A DNA stretch of 64,000 bases from the human T2T-CHM13v2.0 reference genome, Homo sapiens: NCBI RefSeq assembly GCF_009914755.1, contig NC_060925.1; one strand, written 5' to 3'. Every line of letters starts with the position of its first letter. Position 1 is the first letter of the stretch. Positions 42,421 through 60,193 of the stretch are shown piece after piece. A program made the translations under genes and the position numbers. Under the pieces are notes generated by a model. The model saw only the letters and a program-made list of their open reading frames with translations, searched no databases and was not told the DNA's origin.

Positions 42421-42779
42421 AGCTGTTGTCGGAGATCCTCCCTGTGACTTAGCAGGTCAACAATAGCTGTCAAGGCACTTCAGATCTGTATGAGGCAGCC
42501 CTAGCCACCTCTTGGCACCTAGGTGCCCGAGAGGGAAGCTGGCACTCACCCATCTCACGTACGCTGGCTTTTCCTAAGGTTACACGGAGGGACGGTGATG
42601 GCCTGCCACCCTCTGAAAACACTGTCCCATGCAGGGTTTCAGATGATGAGAAACAACTGGTCACAGAAAATTAGCTGATCATCTTGCAGACTTTATCTAA
42701 CCCAGTGGTTTTCAAACCTAGCTGTACATGAGACAACTGGAGAGATTTGTTTTAAATCCTGAAGACCAGGCTGTACCAG

Positions 42780-43471
<692 letters not shown>

Positions 43472-43484
43472 CTGTCAGAATTTT

Positions 43485-44460
43485 AAGATAATATTTTATA
43501 TTTTCAAATGATCACAGATTTACAAAAAAAGTTGCAGGTACAATACAAAAAACTTCTCCTGAACCAATCAAGAGTGATTCGCCAAGCTAATCCATCATCT
43601 TCCTTGCACGTTCTAGTGTCTGTTTTCTACAAACAAGGATGTTCTCCTATACAGCCTCAATATAAGCAGCAAAATCAGTAAATTAACATTGTTACATCTC
43701 TACTAACTAACCCTCAGATTCCATCCACGTTTCCCCAGCTGTCCTAATAACATTCTTTATAGCAAAAGGGTACAGTCCAGAATCTCGAGTTGCAGTTATT
43801 GATCAGGTGCCGTTAATCTCTTTCATTTTATTTTATTTTTTAGAGATAGTGTCTTGCTCTGTTGCCCAGGCTGGAGTGCAGTGGCACAATCACGGCTCAC
43901 TGCAGCCTCTAACTCTTGGGATCAAATGATCCTCCCTCCTCAGTCTCCCGAGTTGCTGGGTTTACAGACACACACTACCACACTTGGCTAATTTGTTTTT
44001 TAATTTTTGTAAAGACAGGGTCTCACTTTGTTTCCCAGGCTGGTCCTGAACTCCTGACCTCAGGCTATCCTCCTGCCTTGGCCTCCCTAAGTGTTGGGAT
44101 TATAGGCGTGAGTCACTGCACCTGGCCCTTTTAGTCACTTTCATTTGGGGAGAGTTCTTCAGTCTTTCCTTGACTTTCATGACCTTGACACACTTGAAGA
44201 TTATTTTGCAGGATGTTCCTCAATTTGGGTTTGTCTAACATTTCCTCACAGGGAGATTTTGTTTACTCCTCTTTTGGCAAGAATATCACAGAAATGATGT
44301 TATGCTCTCATTGCATCCAACGGGGTGGCTAACAATTTTCATTTGTCCCATGATTGCTAAAATTCACTTTGATCACTTGATTAAGATGATGTGTGCCAGG
44401 CTTCTCCACTGTAAAGTTGCCCCTTTTCCTTTGTAAATGAATTAGTATTTTGTGGTGAAA
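43485..44460 (-). mobile_element. L1MC-type (L1MC5-like) 3' UTR, antisense, split by an AluJ
   Basis: cagatttacaaaaaaagttgca...cttcagtctttccttgactttcatgaccttgaca...tttgatcacttgattaag. Confidence 0.8.
43821..44128 (-). mobile_element. AluJ
   Basis: Antisense dimer. Confidence 0.95.
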
Positions 44461-44609
44461 GATAAAAGGTGGGTTGTGTGTGGGAAGACTGACCAGCTGT
44501 TGGTTATTTTTAACATCATTATTCCAAAGGGTAGGTGATTCCAAACTACAATCAATTTTGAGAACCACTGGCCTAGCTCCTTCCTTTGGGGGCCCCCATG
44601 ACATGAGTT

Positions 44610-44975
44610 AATTATAATAAGAGCTAACATTTATTAGCTAACATTTATGGAGCCCTTAGCTTTATATGCATCATTGCCATCATTATAGCCACTTCCAGTT
44701 ATTACGCATTTATTCAACAAATTCTTACTGAGCACCTACTATGGGCCAAACACTGTTCCATGATCAAGAAAGACACAAACTCCCTTTTCTTGTGGAACTT
44801 ACACTCCAGTGGAATGCCATGTACCAAACACCATGCTAATTACTTTCTATTCACAGTAATGATGACAATAACAATAATAATAATAGTGATTTACTTTTAC
44901 TGAGCACATACTATGAACCAGACCCTTAGCTCACCCTTACAACAACTCTATGAGGCAGGTACTTTTATTATATAC
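44610..44975 (-). mobile_element. MIR/L2 fragments
   Basis: atttattcaacaaattcttactgagcacctactatg (L2 tail); cttacaacaactctatgaggcaggtact (MIR). Confidence 0.6.
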
Positions 44976-45124
44976 TTACAAACTACTCTTCAAATTAGGG
45001 GGGGAAAAGGCTATAAGACTCATAGAAATGTAGTTCACACCACATTTGATACAGTAATGACGTTCTCTTCAGTCCCAGCAAAGATGGCTACAGACACTCA
45101 GGTTTTGAAAAATCCTACTGAATT

Positions 45125-46030
45125 AACAAAATACCACCTTACACATATCAAGCTGGCAAAAATTAGAAAGTTGGACAATATCAAGTGGTGGCAAAGACAT
45201 GGGGAAATGTGAACCTTTGAGCATTGTTGGTTGAAATATTAGCTGGTGAAGCCATTTGGAAGAGAATTTTCTATAGGTATTCCCCAGGACCCAGGGAAAC
45301 CATGCTTGGTATATATCCTGGAGAAATTGTCACACAAGGTCACAAAGAGATATACACAAAAGGATCACACAGAGCTGTATATACTGCAGAGTTGGAGGTA
45401 ATCTAGGGGCCATACTAGGAAAACGGACAAGCAAAATAAGCTATATACATTTGGCTAAATGCTTTGTGATAGAAGAAATCACTTAGACTGTACACACATG
45501 TATAAATCTCAAAACTATAAATGTTAAGACAAAAATGTAAGAAACAGAATATTTTTAGCATAATAACATGTATAAGACTTTTTAAACAATATACAGCTGT
45601 GCACAGTGGCTCATGCCTGTCATCCCAGCACTTTGATCTCAGGAGTTTGAGACCAGCCTGAACAACATAGCTAAACCCTGTCTTTACCAAAAGTACAAAA
45701 AATTAGCTATGCATGGTGGCATGTGCCTATGGTCCCAAGCTACTCAGGAGGCTGCGGTGGGAGGATCACTTGAGCCTGGGAGGTCCAGGCTGCAGTGAAC
45801 ATTGATCAGTTGTACCACTGCACTCCAGTCTGGGCAACAGAATGAGACTCTGTCTCAAAAAAAAAAAAAAAAGCACATATGTATACCTATACAAAAATAC
45901 TGTATATTATGGAGGATATATACATATATCTGTGTGGTGGAAGGTGGATTGGAGGGAGATGCACGCATTAAGTATATAAGTCTGGGTATGCCTGGGAACC
46001 GGAAGGACAATGGGATTGGAGCTGGGATAC
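45125..46030 (+). mobile_element. L1ME-type ORF2 end/3' UTR fragment, split by an Alu
   Basis: aaataccaccttacacatatcaagctggcaaaaattagaaag. Confidence 0.7.
45595..45872 (+). mobile_element. AluJ with a left-arm deletion
   Basis: cccagcactttg|atctcaggag; poly(A) tail. Confidence 0.93.
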
Positions 46031-46287
46031 AAAGGGTGACATAACAATTTACTTGACAATAGAAGAGGAGCCTTGTGGGGACAACGATAATAGCATGCTA
46101 TGAATTAATAATTGCGATCAATTTGATTCTGTGCCTGGGAGAAGAATAAAGAGGGGGAGGCAGTGCGTGAAAGTATGTGGGGAAAGGCTACATGAACACC
46201 CTGGAAAGAGCTTCTTTACACTCAACTCTCTCCTAACCTATGCCCATGGAGAGACTGAGGTCTCTGGGACAGAGTCTTGCCTTTTTA

Positions 46288-46480
46288 CAATCCTCCCTCC
46301 TCAGCCTCCCGAGTAACTAGGACTATAGGCAAGCCACCATGCTCAGATTACATATATGTAATTGGAGATGGGGTCTTGCCATGTTACCCGGGCTGATCTC
46401 AAACTCCTGGCCTCAAGCTATCCTACCGCCTCCGTGTCCCAAAGCACTGAGATTACAGACATGAGCCACCATGCCCAGCC
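46288..46480 (-). mobile_element. Partial AluJ
   Basis: caatcctccctcctcagcctcccgagta...gagccaccatgcccagcc. Confidence 0.88.
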
Positions 46481-46749
46481 AATCACCTGTATCTTGAATC
46501 TGTTTTCTTGATGACTTGTTTGGCGTCTGGCCATGTCTTTCCTGGAAGTAAACATTCCCTCAATTTTGTCCTCCTGTTTCTATACACTGTGGGTAGCTAA
46601 CCCCGCTCCAGGCCTGACTCCCCTCCTTTCCTTATAATCTTCCCATAGCTCTCCCACTTTCCCTGATGACTGCAGCCCCTAATAATACCCCCACCCCCAG
46701 CACTCTGGAATTCCAGAATCCCTCTGTAAATCCATGCACCCAACCCTTC

Positions 46750-47650
<901 letters not shown>

Positions 47651-48669
47651 CAGGGCCCCTTCCTGTTACCCCAGAATATGGGAGGTCTCTTCATGACTGC
47701 ATTTGTGAGTTCTGTGCCTTCATCTGCCTTTATCTTGCTTTGTGATCATGTTAAGAAATCACTCTGTTTCCTCCCAAGTTTAAAAAAAAAAAAGCAGGGA
47801 CAGAAGTATTAGCCCACTTCCCATTAATGGTCTGAACAGCTGCTGAACTACTCCTGAGTGCGATAAAGACACTGAATGGGATGAGAACAGGTGTGACCAT
47901 CTTTTCCTACCCAGCGAATGGTAATTTCGGTGGGTTGGCATCAACTCATCTATTTGGTAAGAATCCTGTTGGGGTCTTCCAGTGAGTGGACAGTGGGACA
48001 AAGGGCCAAACAAAGGCGTGGGGACAGGAACCGGGCACAGCAGCAAGCAGCCCAGGGAAGAAAGGGCCAGACGCCACCAGCACGTCCTCACACCAGCAGA
48101 CGCTTTCTGATGTCTTCACAGCTACATCCAACCTTTACACCGCAAGGGCGCTTCTCCAACTCCATGGAATCATTTTCAGGTTTTAGAAGCAACTTTCTGG
48201 CCTCTTTCTGCTCTACCCAAAGTAATGTTCCCAGGACTTTCCTGGGACCTCATGGCCCCCTCACCAGAGAGCGACCGGGATCCCTCCCGCCTGGGGCTCT
48301 GGCCCGCTGGTGCCTCTGCCTCTCTGCGTCCCTTCTTTCATGTGTCACCTGCAGCCCAGCACCCACCAGCTCCTCTGAGGGTGGCAGCAACTGAACTACA
48401 AAACAGGGGGGTGCCAACTACAGGTGCAAACTTTTTTCCTGCCAGTAAATCAAGACACGTACACAGTATTGTTGGAGACTGTCTTCACCAGAGGCTCTTA
48501 TTGACTCTATCCTGTCTCAGCCATATGTGCTACACAGCCCAGCAGGGTCATAATGATTTAATCATGGATACACATTAGAACTTTCTGGAATCCTTTAAAA
48601 CCATCCATGCTTAAAATATAGTATATCCATAGAAGAAAATATTATTTGGCCATAAAAAGGAATGAAGTA

Positions 48670-49161
48670 CAGTTGGCCTTGAACAATGCAAGGGTTAGCG
48701 TCACTGACCCCTGCACAGTCAAAAATCTATGTGTATCTTTGGATTCCTCCAAAACTTAACTACTAATAGCCTACTGTTGAATGGAAGTCTTGCCAATAAC
48801 ATAGTCAATTAATACATGTTTAGTATGTTGTATGTATCATATACTGTATTTTTACAATAATGTAAGCTAGAGAATAGAAAATGTTATTAAGAGAATCACA
48901 AGGGACAGCAAATATATTTCCTATTGATTAAGAGGAAGTGGGTCATCATAAAGGTCTTCCTCCTCATCCTTTTCATGTTGAGTAGGCTGAGGAGGAGGAG
49001 GGGCTGGTCTTGCTGTCTCAGGGGAGGCAGAGGCAGAAGATGGGAAGGAGTGGAAGGGGGAGGCAGGAGAGGCAGGCACTCTCGGTGTAACGTGTATTGA
49101 AAAAAATCCTTGTATGCACGCTTTCACTTATTTCAAACCCTGATTGTTCAAGAGTCAACTG
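48670..49161. mobile_element. Tigger2a (MER28-type) TcMar MITE
   Basis: TIRs cagttggccttgaacaa and ttgttcaagagtcaactg; preceded by TA. Confidence 0.9.
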
Positions 49162-49430
49162 GACTAACATGTGCTACAACATGAGTGAAACTCAAAACAA
49201 TTACGCCAAGAGAAAGAAGCCAGTCACCGAAAACTGCGTTGTACAATCCCATTTAAATGAAAGATCCAGAATGGGCAAATCTATGAAGACAAAGTAGATT
49301 AGTAGTTGCCTAGGGCTTGGTGGGGAAGTAAATAGGAAGCGACTGCTAACAGGTACCTTGGTTTCTTTTGGGGGTGATGAAGATGTTCTAAAATTACATA
49401 GATGTGATGGTTGCACAACATTGTAAATAA

Positions 49431-49767
<337 letters not shown>

Positions 49768-50041
49768 TGAATTTTATGGCATGTGAATTATAGTTCAGTA
49801 AAGTCGTCAAAATACATTGATGACTTTGCTCCGCCCCACCCCAATTAAATCAGGATGTCTGGGGGTTGAAGCCCAGGTATCATTGGGTTTTTAAAACTCC
49901 CCAGCTGACAGGGAAAGATTTGTTAAGGGATACAAAATCACAGCTAGATAGGAGGACTAAGTTCCAGTGTTCTATACCACTATAGGATGACTGTAGTTAA
50001 CAGCAATATACTATCTAGTTTCAAATAGCTAGAAGGAAGAT

Positions 50042-50170
50042 TTTCTGTTGTTGTAGAAATGGTGTCTCACTATCTTGCCCAGGCTGGTCTCAAACTCCTG
50101 GTCTCAAGCCATCGTCCTGCCTCAACCTCCCAAAGTGCTGGGTTACAGGCATGAGCCATTGCACCCAGCC
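50042..50170 (-). mobile_element. FLAM_C
   Basis: TSD tagaaggaagat at 50030-50041 and 50172-50183. Confidence 0.92.
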
Positions 50171-50326
50171 ATAGAAGGAAGATATTCAATGTTCCCAACA
50201 CAAAAGAATGATAAATGTTTCAGATGATGGGTGAGCTAATTACCCCGATCTGATCACTATATGTTTTAGATATATATAGAAACAATACTATGTGCCCAAC
50301 GAGTATGTACAATTATTGTATGTCAA

Positions 50327-50625
<299 letters not shown>

Positions 50626-51636
50626 TATATGTCAATTTTTCAAGTTAAATTAAATTAAACTAAACTTCTTTTTAAAAGCCCCCAGGTGATTCTAATATGT
50701 AGCGATGGCTGAGAACCACGGGTCTGGTCTAACCCTCTGGTTGGCACCTGAGGACACTGGGATCTGCAGAGCTGTCGTGACTCTCAATGTCATTTAGCAG
50801 AGGCAGGACTAGAACCCAGGCTTCCAAAGCCAGGTTATCCCCAGCCCTTCTCTGTGCTCAGGCCCCTGATTGCATCCTGACTAGATGCTCTTGGGCCTCC
50901 CTAAACCCCATGACATCTTTTGAATTGCTCTCTTTCCAAAATATTCAAACTGCTTCACTTGTTAATATTTCTCTTCTAAACCCACGGCCCCCTCCTTGAC
51001 ATTTCTCTAGCTTGTTCATGCTTCACATCTCCCACCTATTATACAGGCCGGCTTCTTTCCTTCCAGTCAATTTCTTGCCCATTATGAATTTGCATGTACA
51101 AGTGCCCGAATTTACATTTAACATACACAATTGGTTCTGTCTTCAGCTGAAAGGTTCTACCCATTCAAACTTTACAGTTGAAGAGGAGAATCTATTCATC
51201 ACAGGAGGCTAGATCCCTCAGGGAAGCCAGTGTAATTGGCTGTTCATAATTCCCATTTCGAGTTAGATGGCTGTTTAAACTTTGAGGAATCTTGACTGCA
51301 AGTTAATCTTCAGGATGAGACTATGAGAGGGTTACAGCTGATGTCATTGTTAGAGATGACGGATGTCCAGAAACTAGAAACCTGTCGCAAGCAGGGCTTG
51401 ATTAGATAGCTTAAGAGGAAAAATAAAAAGGCAAAGCTGAGTGCTTTCAAAAGAAGGGTTTAAAAATGTTTTTAATCTACATTTTTGTACATAATATGGT
51501 TTGTAAATGCATTGGGGGTTTGTGTTTCCTAAGCACGAAGACACTTGTCATACTTTCTCATCTGGAGAAAGCAAAGAGAAGAGTAATATTTATTTATATT
51601 TGTATTCTTTCTCTCCTTTAGGACTTCAAACTTTAA

Positions 51637-51967
<331 letters not shown>

Positions 51968-52109
51968 TCTTCATCTTTCTATCTGCCCTCTCCTCGCTTT
52001 CTGTATTAGAATCCAGCATAGAATCAGGGCTCAACAAATGTTTTGAATGAAACCCACAGCAACAAATCTCAGATGGAGGGAGGGGAGTGAGAAATGGGGA
52101 TGGAAATAG

Positions 52110-52429
<320 letters not shown>

Positions 52430-52994
52430 TATAGTCAGTATTATTATATCACAAACCGCATCACTCAACAAGGATATGTGGAGCTCCTCTTCTGTGCTGG
52501 GGACTGCTGCAATGACTGAGGCTGGTTAGTCACTGGTCACAAGCAGTCACTCTCTCAAGCCACCTCCATTCTACAGAAAGCAAACCGCCCCCACGTTGCC
52601 GGTGGGGATGTGAGAAATCCCATAAATCCCAGGAAAAGTCAGAGAGATAAAAATACAAATGCTTGCCCCATTTTCCCACACTCCTCAAGGCTCTTTCCAT
52701 AGTTCCTTTTCCTCTGGTCATTAATGAGAGTGAGAACAAAATGGCAAGGAAAAAAAGGATATTAGGATATTCCTAATATCCGAATAGTCACATGAAGTTT
52801 GCATCACGCAGTCACCTGTTCTGTGTCATTGAATCTCACAGCCGTGGAAGAGACAGCATTATTCCCCTTCCTTAGGTAAAGGAGCCAAGATCGTGGAGGA
52901 CATGTGATTTGTTCAGTCACACAGCAGATAAGACACAGGGCTAGCAGGGAATCGCCAGATCAGCAACATCCCCATCCTGTGTCTTCACGTCTTA

Positions 52995-53507
<513 letters not shown>

Positions 53508-54198
53508 TTAATTAATTAATTAATTTTAAAAAAGAGAGAGAGAGAAAGAAGAAAAGAAATGGATGGAAAATTAAGTGTTCACTTGAAAAAATAAAAATAA
53601 AAAAAGTGATAGAAGATACGGCTGCAAAAGCAGCAATGAACTGGCTGAAAGACTGAAGCTCTGTCCTTAGATTGAAAAGTGAGGCGATTCCAATATTCAA
53701 AAGCTTGGTACTTTTGTGCCTGACTGAGTTGTAGCCCTCGTCCAAGAGATTGTCCAGGAATGGAGAAAAATAGCTTTATTTGAAGGCAGTGGTAGAAAGA
53801 GAATAATAACAAAGTTGTTTTTTAATCCTAAAAGAGCAAGTGTCCAGGAGAGGCCAATTTATAAGGAGGTTCTGGAGTAATGTCAGTAATAAAACCTCCC
53901 GGGAAGATGAAATACATGCCACTCTGGCTCTCCAGCTAGTAGGTGCTGATGGGCCCCCAGCAGCCACCAAAATTCTATTTCATTGACTCTTATCCCAACA
54001 TCCTTGATAGAGGAGATCTAACTTTGCAAAATCCTCTCCAAGTGTTTCGGGGATCTTGGGTTTTGTCGTTTAAGCTCATAAAGAGTTCTCTCACGTTCCT
54101 TGGCCCTGGGCCCCTCTGTTGTTTTTTGCTTGTGAAGCCATTTGAGGGCTGCTGTGTGCCACCGTCACAGCTGTGTGGCAAGCCTAGAGTCATGCTGT

Positions 54199-55142
54199 TA
54201 TAACCACCCGATGGGTGCTTCCTGCCCACTACACAAACAAAATCCATTCACAGAGACCACAGCATTGCAGATCACAAGGTCAGGAGATCGAGACCATCTT
54301 GGCCAACATGGTGAAACCAAGTCTCTACTAAAATACAAAAATTAGCCAGGTGTGGTGGTGCGCACCTGTAGTTCCAGCTGCTCGGGAGGCTGAGATAGAG
54401 TAATTGTTTGGAAGTGGAGGTTGCAGTGAGCTGAGATCGCCCCACTGCACTCCAGCCTGGTGACACAGCAACACTCCGTCTCAAAAAAATAAAAAGAGTT
54501 TAATTGACTCGAGGTCAGTCATGCCACATGGGAGATGGAGTTATCACTCAAATCGACCTCACTGAAGGCTCAGAGGTTAGGAGTTTTTGAAGGGTAGTTT
54601 GGGAGAAGGGATGGAGGTGTCTGGGCAATGGGTGCTTGCTGCTGATTGGCTGGGGGTGCAATCATAGGGGTGTGGGAAATGGTCCTCCTGTGCCTGAGTC
54701 CTTTGTGGGTGGGGCCACAGGAGGGGTCAGTGGGTCTAGGTGGAGGCATGAGTGTCAGACATCAAAAAAAAAGACTGAAAAGATATCCCAAAGGCCAATC
54801 TTAGGCTCTATAACGGTGATATTATCTGCAGGAGTAATCTGGGAGGTTGCAAATCTTATGACCTGCAGAATAATGGTTGGCAATCATTTATGTCTACACC
54901 TTAGCAGAATTCAGGCTCCTCTACCCTGCTAGCCTGGTGGTCTCTCATTACTTTTACAAAAGCAGCTGACTTTGGGGAAAGGGCTATTATCATTTAACTC
55001 TCAAAGTTAGCTTGGCCTACACCCAGAAATATTAACAATTAATGGCAACTTGAAGGCTAAAGGCAAGATGAGGGTTGGCTAGATCAGATCTCCCTCACTG
55101 CCATAGTTCTCTCACTGACCTAATTTTTGCAAAGCGGTTTCA
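54199..55142 (-). mobile_element. LTR8/LTR8A-type ERV1 solo LTR
   Basis: Ends ...tttgcaaagcggtttca and tataaccacccgatggg...; 4-bp TSD ctgt at 54195-54198 and 55143-55146. Confidence 0.88.
54270..54495 (+). mobile_element. 5'-truncated AluSc-like element inside the LTR
   Basis: gatcacaaggtcaggagatcgagaccatcttggcc... Confidence 0.9.
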
Positions 55143-55202
55143 CTGTGTTTCTTGTAAAGGTAGAGGAGAAAGCCCCTCTCCTCCCTCCCTCCCTCTGTGT
55201 CA

Positions 55203-55805
<603 letters not shown>

Positions 55806-55979
55806 TCAGGCTGAGAGCACTGATAGCTTGGCTTTATCTAGCAGACAACAGGAAGCCTCTGAAGGGCTCTGGGCAGAGAAATCGTTAGGAAGATGCATCT
55901 TGGCAGTAGTTCCTCAAATGAATTGGGCGGTAGTGAAACGTCTTGATTCTCAGAGCAGACTCAGCGTGGGACGGCACAC

Positions 55980-56014
55980 TGGTGCCACCTGGAGGCGGCC
56001 GGCCTCAATTACAG
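55980..56014 (-). promoter_or_regulatory. CTCF-like motif with an upstream module
   Basis: Minus strand CTGTAATTGAGGCCGG-CCGCCTCCAGGTGGCACCA; local CpGs retained; motif match only. Confidence 0.55.
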
Positions 56015-56179
56015 ACGCAGTTTACAGAAAGCTGACAAAACCCTTCTGAAACCAAATCTGAAACAGAAAGCCATCGAGTGACTTTTTAGCGCTACAGGAA
56101 GAGTGGTCTGTTTATTTGGGCTAAGCCAGCAAGGAACAAAACTTCAGGGAAGTGGCCCTGCTAGAGACTCTAGGACTAG

Positions 56180-56531
<352 letters not shown>

Positions 56532-56745
56532 ACAAGGAGGTCCTTGAATTAGTTATTTTTGTAATAAAACCTCCCAGGATGGGCTGGGGAGCGCCCACCC
56601 CACCACCACCACCACCGAAATCTGTTTTGCAACAGATTTGCAAACCAACATATTTGCCAAAATACAGGCTTGTCATTTCTCAGGAGAAGGGGGATAACTG
56701 GTTCTTGCTTCAAGTGAAAACCACCACACAGGAAAGAGAATGTGT

Positions 56746-57077
<332 letters not shown>

Positions 57078-57609
57078 TCACAGGTGACAATGGCAGTCAG
57101 AGCCTGCCCTGTTAGCCTGCCCAGGTTTTTCCAGTACTTTTTTATTTTCCCTAAAGATCCTGTGATTTACAACACAACCTAGGCATTAACAAGCAAGGAA
57201 AACTAGAAATTGAAATGAAGCGGTTTTCAGAATAAGGATTAGACCCCAGAATCCCAGATTCTTTCTGCCAGAATCCACTTAATTACACACTGAAGTATGG
57301 AATTCCTGTAATACGAAGTTATTTGTTTCTTCTTTCAAAAAAGGGGTAAACTATATTCCTTATCAGTTTTCTGCAGCTCACTCAGTCATGGGAAGTTTAT
57401 GCTGCATTTTCTCTTGCCCTTGGCTTCACCTTCTCCCTCATATCTACTGTTTTCCTAAGAAAGTTTCTCAGTATAGAAAAACAAGGTCATTTCTCGGAGT
57501 CTTTGCCAAATCTGCACTGGACCTTTGCTTCTGGAGGAATGGGAATTTAAAAGCAGCCCAAGATCGGTCATCCTGACTTTCATAGGAAAGGAAGAGCTTC
57601 TTCGCTCAC

Positions 57610-58140
<531 letters not shown>

Positions 58141-58949
58141 AAGTCTAGGGAGAGGAAACCCAAAGGGTTAAATAAAGCAGGGGGAGCGCTGAGGATAAAC
58201 AAAAAAAGGGTTGGGTCTGGGTCTGAAGGGAGGGGCCAGGAAGTGGATAGGGCCAAGGCAGGAGATGCCTACTGGGAAAAGGAAAGTCTGGGCCCTGGAG
58301 GGGGTGTGGCCACTTAAAAGTCAGATTTAAGGTGGGGAAGGAAACTTGCCACAAGGTCAAATGGTTAGGAGGTGGCACTGGGAAGGAATCATGCCTTAAG
58401 GACTTTCTGAAAAGCCAGGCTCAGATTCTTTGCTCTGCCACTCTGACCCTTGACTTCCCCCACATCTGCCTCATTTTAAAATTTTCATTTTATTTCCATA
58501 TGATTTACTTTGCATTCTCCTTATTTCTTCCCATTCCAGTCCACTGCCTTTTTCTATTTGGTTTTACTCAATTGTGGCTATTCTAGTGGAACCAGGGGAA
58601 ATACAGGCCTCTCTTCTTCTGACTGAATATCGTGTAACGTCTTCAACTTCATTCTTCCATTAAAGGCAAAGTATGTGCTACAAAATCAAAGTTCACATCC
58701 TGCAATCAGCTTCCAAGAGAGTGAAGCCGACTTTACACTATCTTTTCCATGCTTCTCTTCTAAACTACTTCTGAGGTTTTTCTTCCCCTCTGTTCCCTTC
58801 TGAGAGGTGTCAGTGTGGCCAGGTCTGAGCTGCACAGAGGTGGTGGGAGGTGTCCCATGGAGGCAGTGCTGCACGGTTCCATGGAGCAAATAAGTAAATT
58901 GAACAGGTAAATGTAGAGAGGACAATGGGGGCTAGGTTGGAGCAGTGGC

Positions 58950-59429
58950 CAGAAGAGAAGGGGGAAGAATGGAAATAACCTTGGGGTATTGAATTGTAAT
59001 TGAAAGTACATTATGAACTCATAATTCAAAAAAACATAAACACAAAAATATAAATATATCTATACAGATATAACTATATGTGTGTATATATATATATAGA
59101 GAGAGGTGTGTGTATATATATGTGTGTGTGTATATATATGTGTGTGTGTGTGCATATATATATGTGTGTGTGTGTATATATATATGCATACATACAAACA
59201 AATCCTAGCTCTACCAGCCAAGCAAGCCTAGAAGCAATATCATCCCAGCAGCAATGAGCACGTGGAGCATCTATCTATCTTGGTTTCTAAATGTCATTCT
59301 GCACTGAAAGGAACCAGGAAATAGCTGATTCCTGGGATGGTGCAGGAACTAGGTGAGCCTAGAATATCTGCTGGTACTAGAAAGGGAAGACATTCCTCAA
59401 GGATGATGTGGACAGAGCTGGGAGTGGTG
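58950..59429 (+). mobile_element. L1MC/L1MD-type 3' UTR (left part, upstream of the ERV)
   Basis: tcctagctct...gcctagaagcaatatcatcccagcagcaatgagcac...cttggtttctaaat...aaaggaaccagg. Confidence 0.75.
59075..59195. repeat. Compound (TA)n(TG)n microsatellite
   Basis: Read directly from the sequence. Confidence 0.95.
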
Positions 59430-60170
59430 TGTTACGGGAGGCAGTAAGTCTGACATAAGCAGGATGGAGAGGGCACGCCCCCACCATGGCCCCATGACCT
59501 GGAATGTCAGGCCACCATCAGGTGATGGTCAGGCAGTTGTCACACTGTCTCTCTAAGATAACAACTGGTCACAGCCGGCTCACCAGGGAAAGGCAGTCTC
59601 CCAAGAGACAGAAAAAACCTGAAACTGGTGACCAGCAGCTTCCCAGTAAGATCTCAGGAGTTGAGTGGGTGAGCTCAAGCTTGTGCACTGAGAGGCAGGT
59701 GGTGGGGTTTAACTGGTATGTGACCTTCTTCTAGGAACACTCGATTGGTAAGGGAAGAGCTCCTCAAGTGAGCATGCACACAACGTCAGTAAACACTGTG
59801 CACGCGGCCCTCCCAGGTGCTGGCAGGCCACTGTGCATGCAGACAGCCCACGCCAAGGGGAGAATCAGGGGAGAAGGGATGCAGCCCCCGTCGGAAGCAT
59901 GCCAGCATAAAAAACCCAAGTCAAAGGTTACACTGTGCACTCACATCTCTCTAGTTGCCTGCTTGGCCCTCTTCCAAGCATACTTTATTTCCTTTTGTTC
60001 CTGCTTTAAAACTTTTTAATTTTAATTAACGTTTACTCCTGCTCTAAAACTTGCCTTGAGCGCTCTCTCTCTCTGCCTTATGTCCCTCAGTTGAATTCTT
60101 TCTTCTAAGGAAATCAAGGAAGCAAGAATTGAGGTTGCTCCAGACCCATGCGGATTTGCTGCTGCTGACA
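59430..60170 (+). mobile_element. MER50-type ERV1 5' LTR
   Basis: TG...CA ends, about 740 bp; ggaatgtcaggccaccatcaggtgatggtcaggc, ccagggaaaggcagtctccc and gaattgaggttgctccagaccc match the recalled MER50 consensus. Confidence 0.85.
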
Positions 60171-60175
60171 TACTT

Positions 60176-60193
60176 TGGTGCTGTGACTTGGAT
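60176..60193 (+). other. Retroviral primer-binding site, tRNA-His type
   Basis: TGGTGCTGTGACTTGGAT versus TGGTGCCGTGACTCGGAT (complement of the tRNA-His 3' end); both mismatches are CpG>TpG; starts 5 nt after the LTR end. Confidence 0.85.

Noticed and set aside
42514-42527. 14-bp perfect palindrome ggcacctaggtgcc
   Set aside because: About four such palindromes are expected by chance in 64 kb
47918-48578. 158-aa and 117-aa ORFs in unique GC-richer sequence
   Set aside because: No known motif and no coherent exon structure; consistent with chance ORFs
60176-60193. tRNA-His-related sequence
   Set aside because: An 18-nt retroviral PBS, not a tRNA gene
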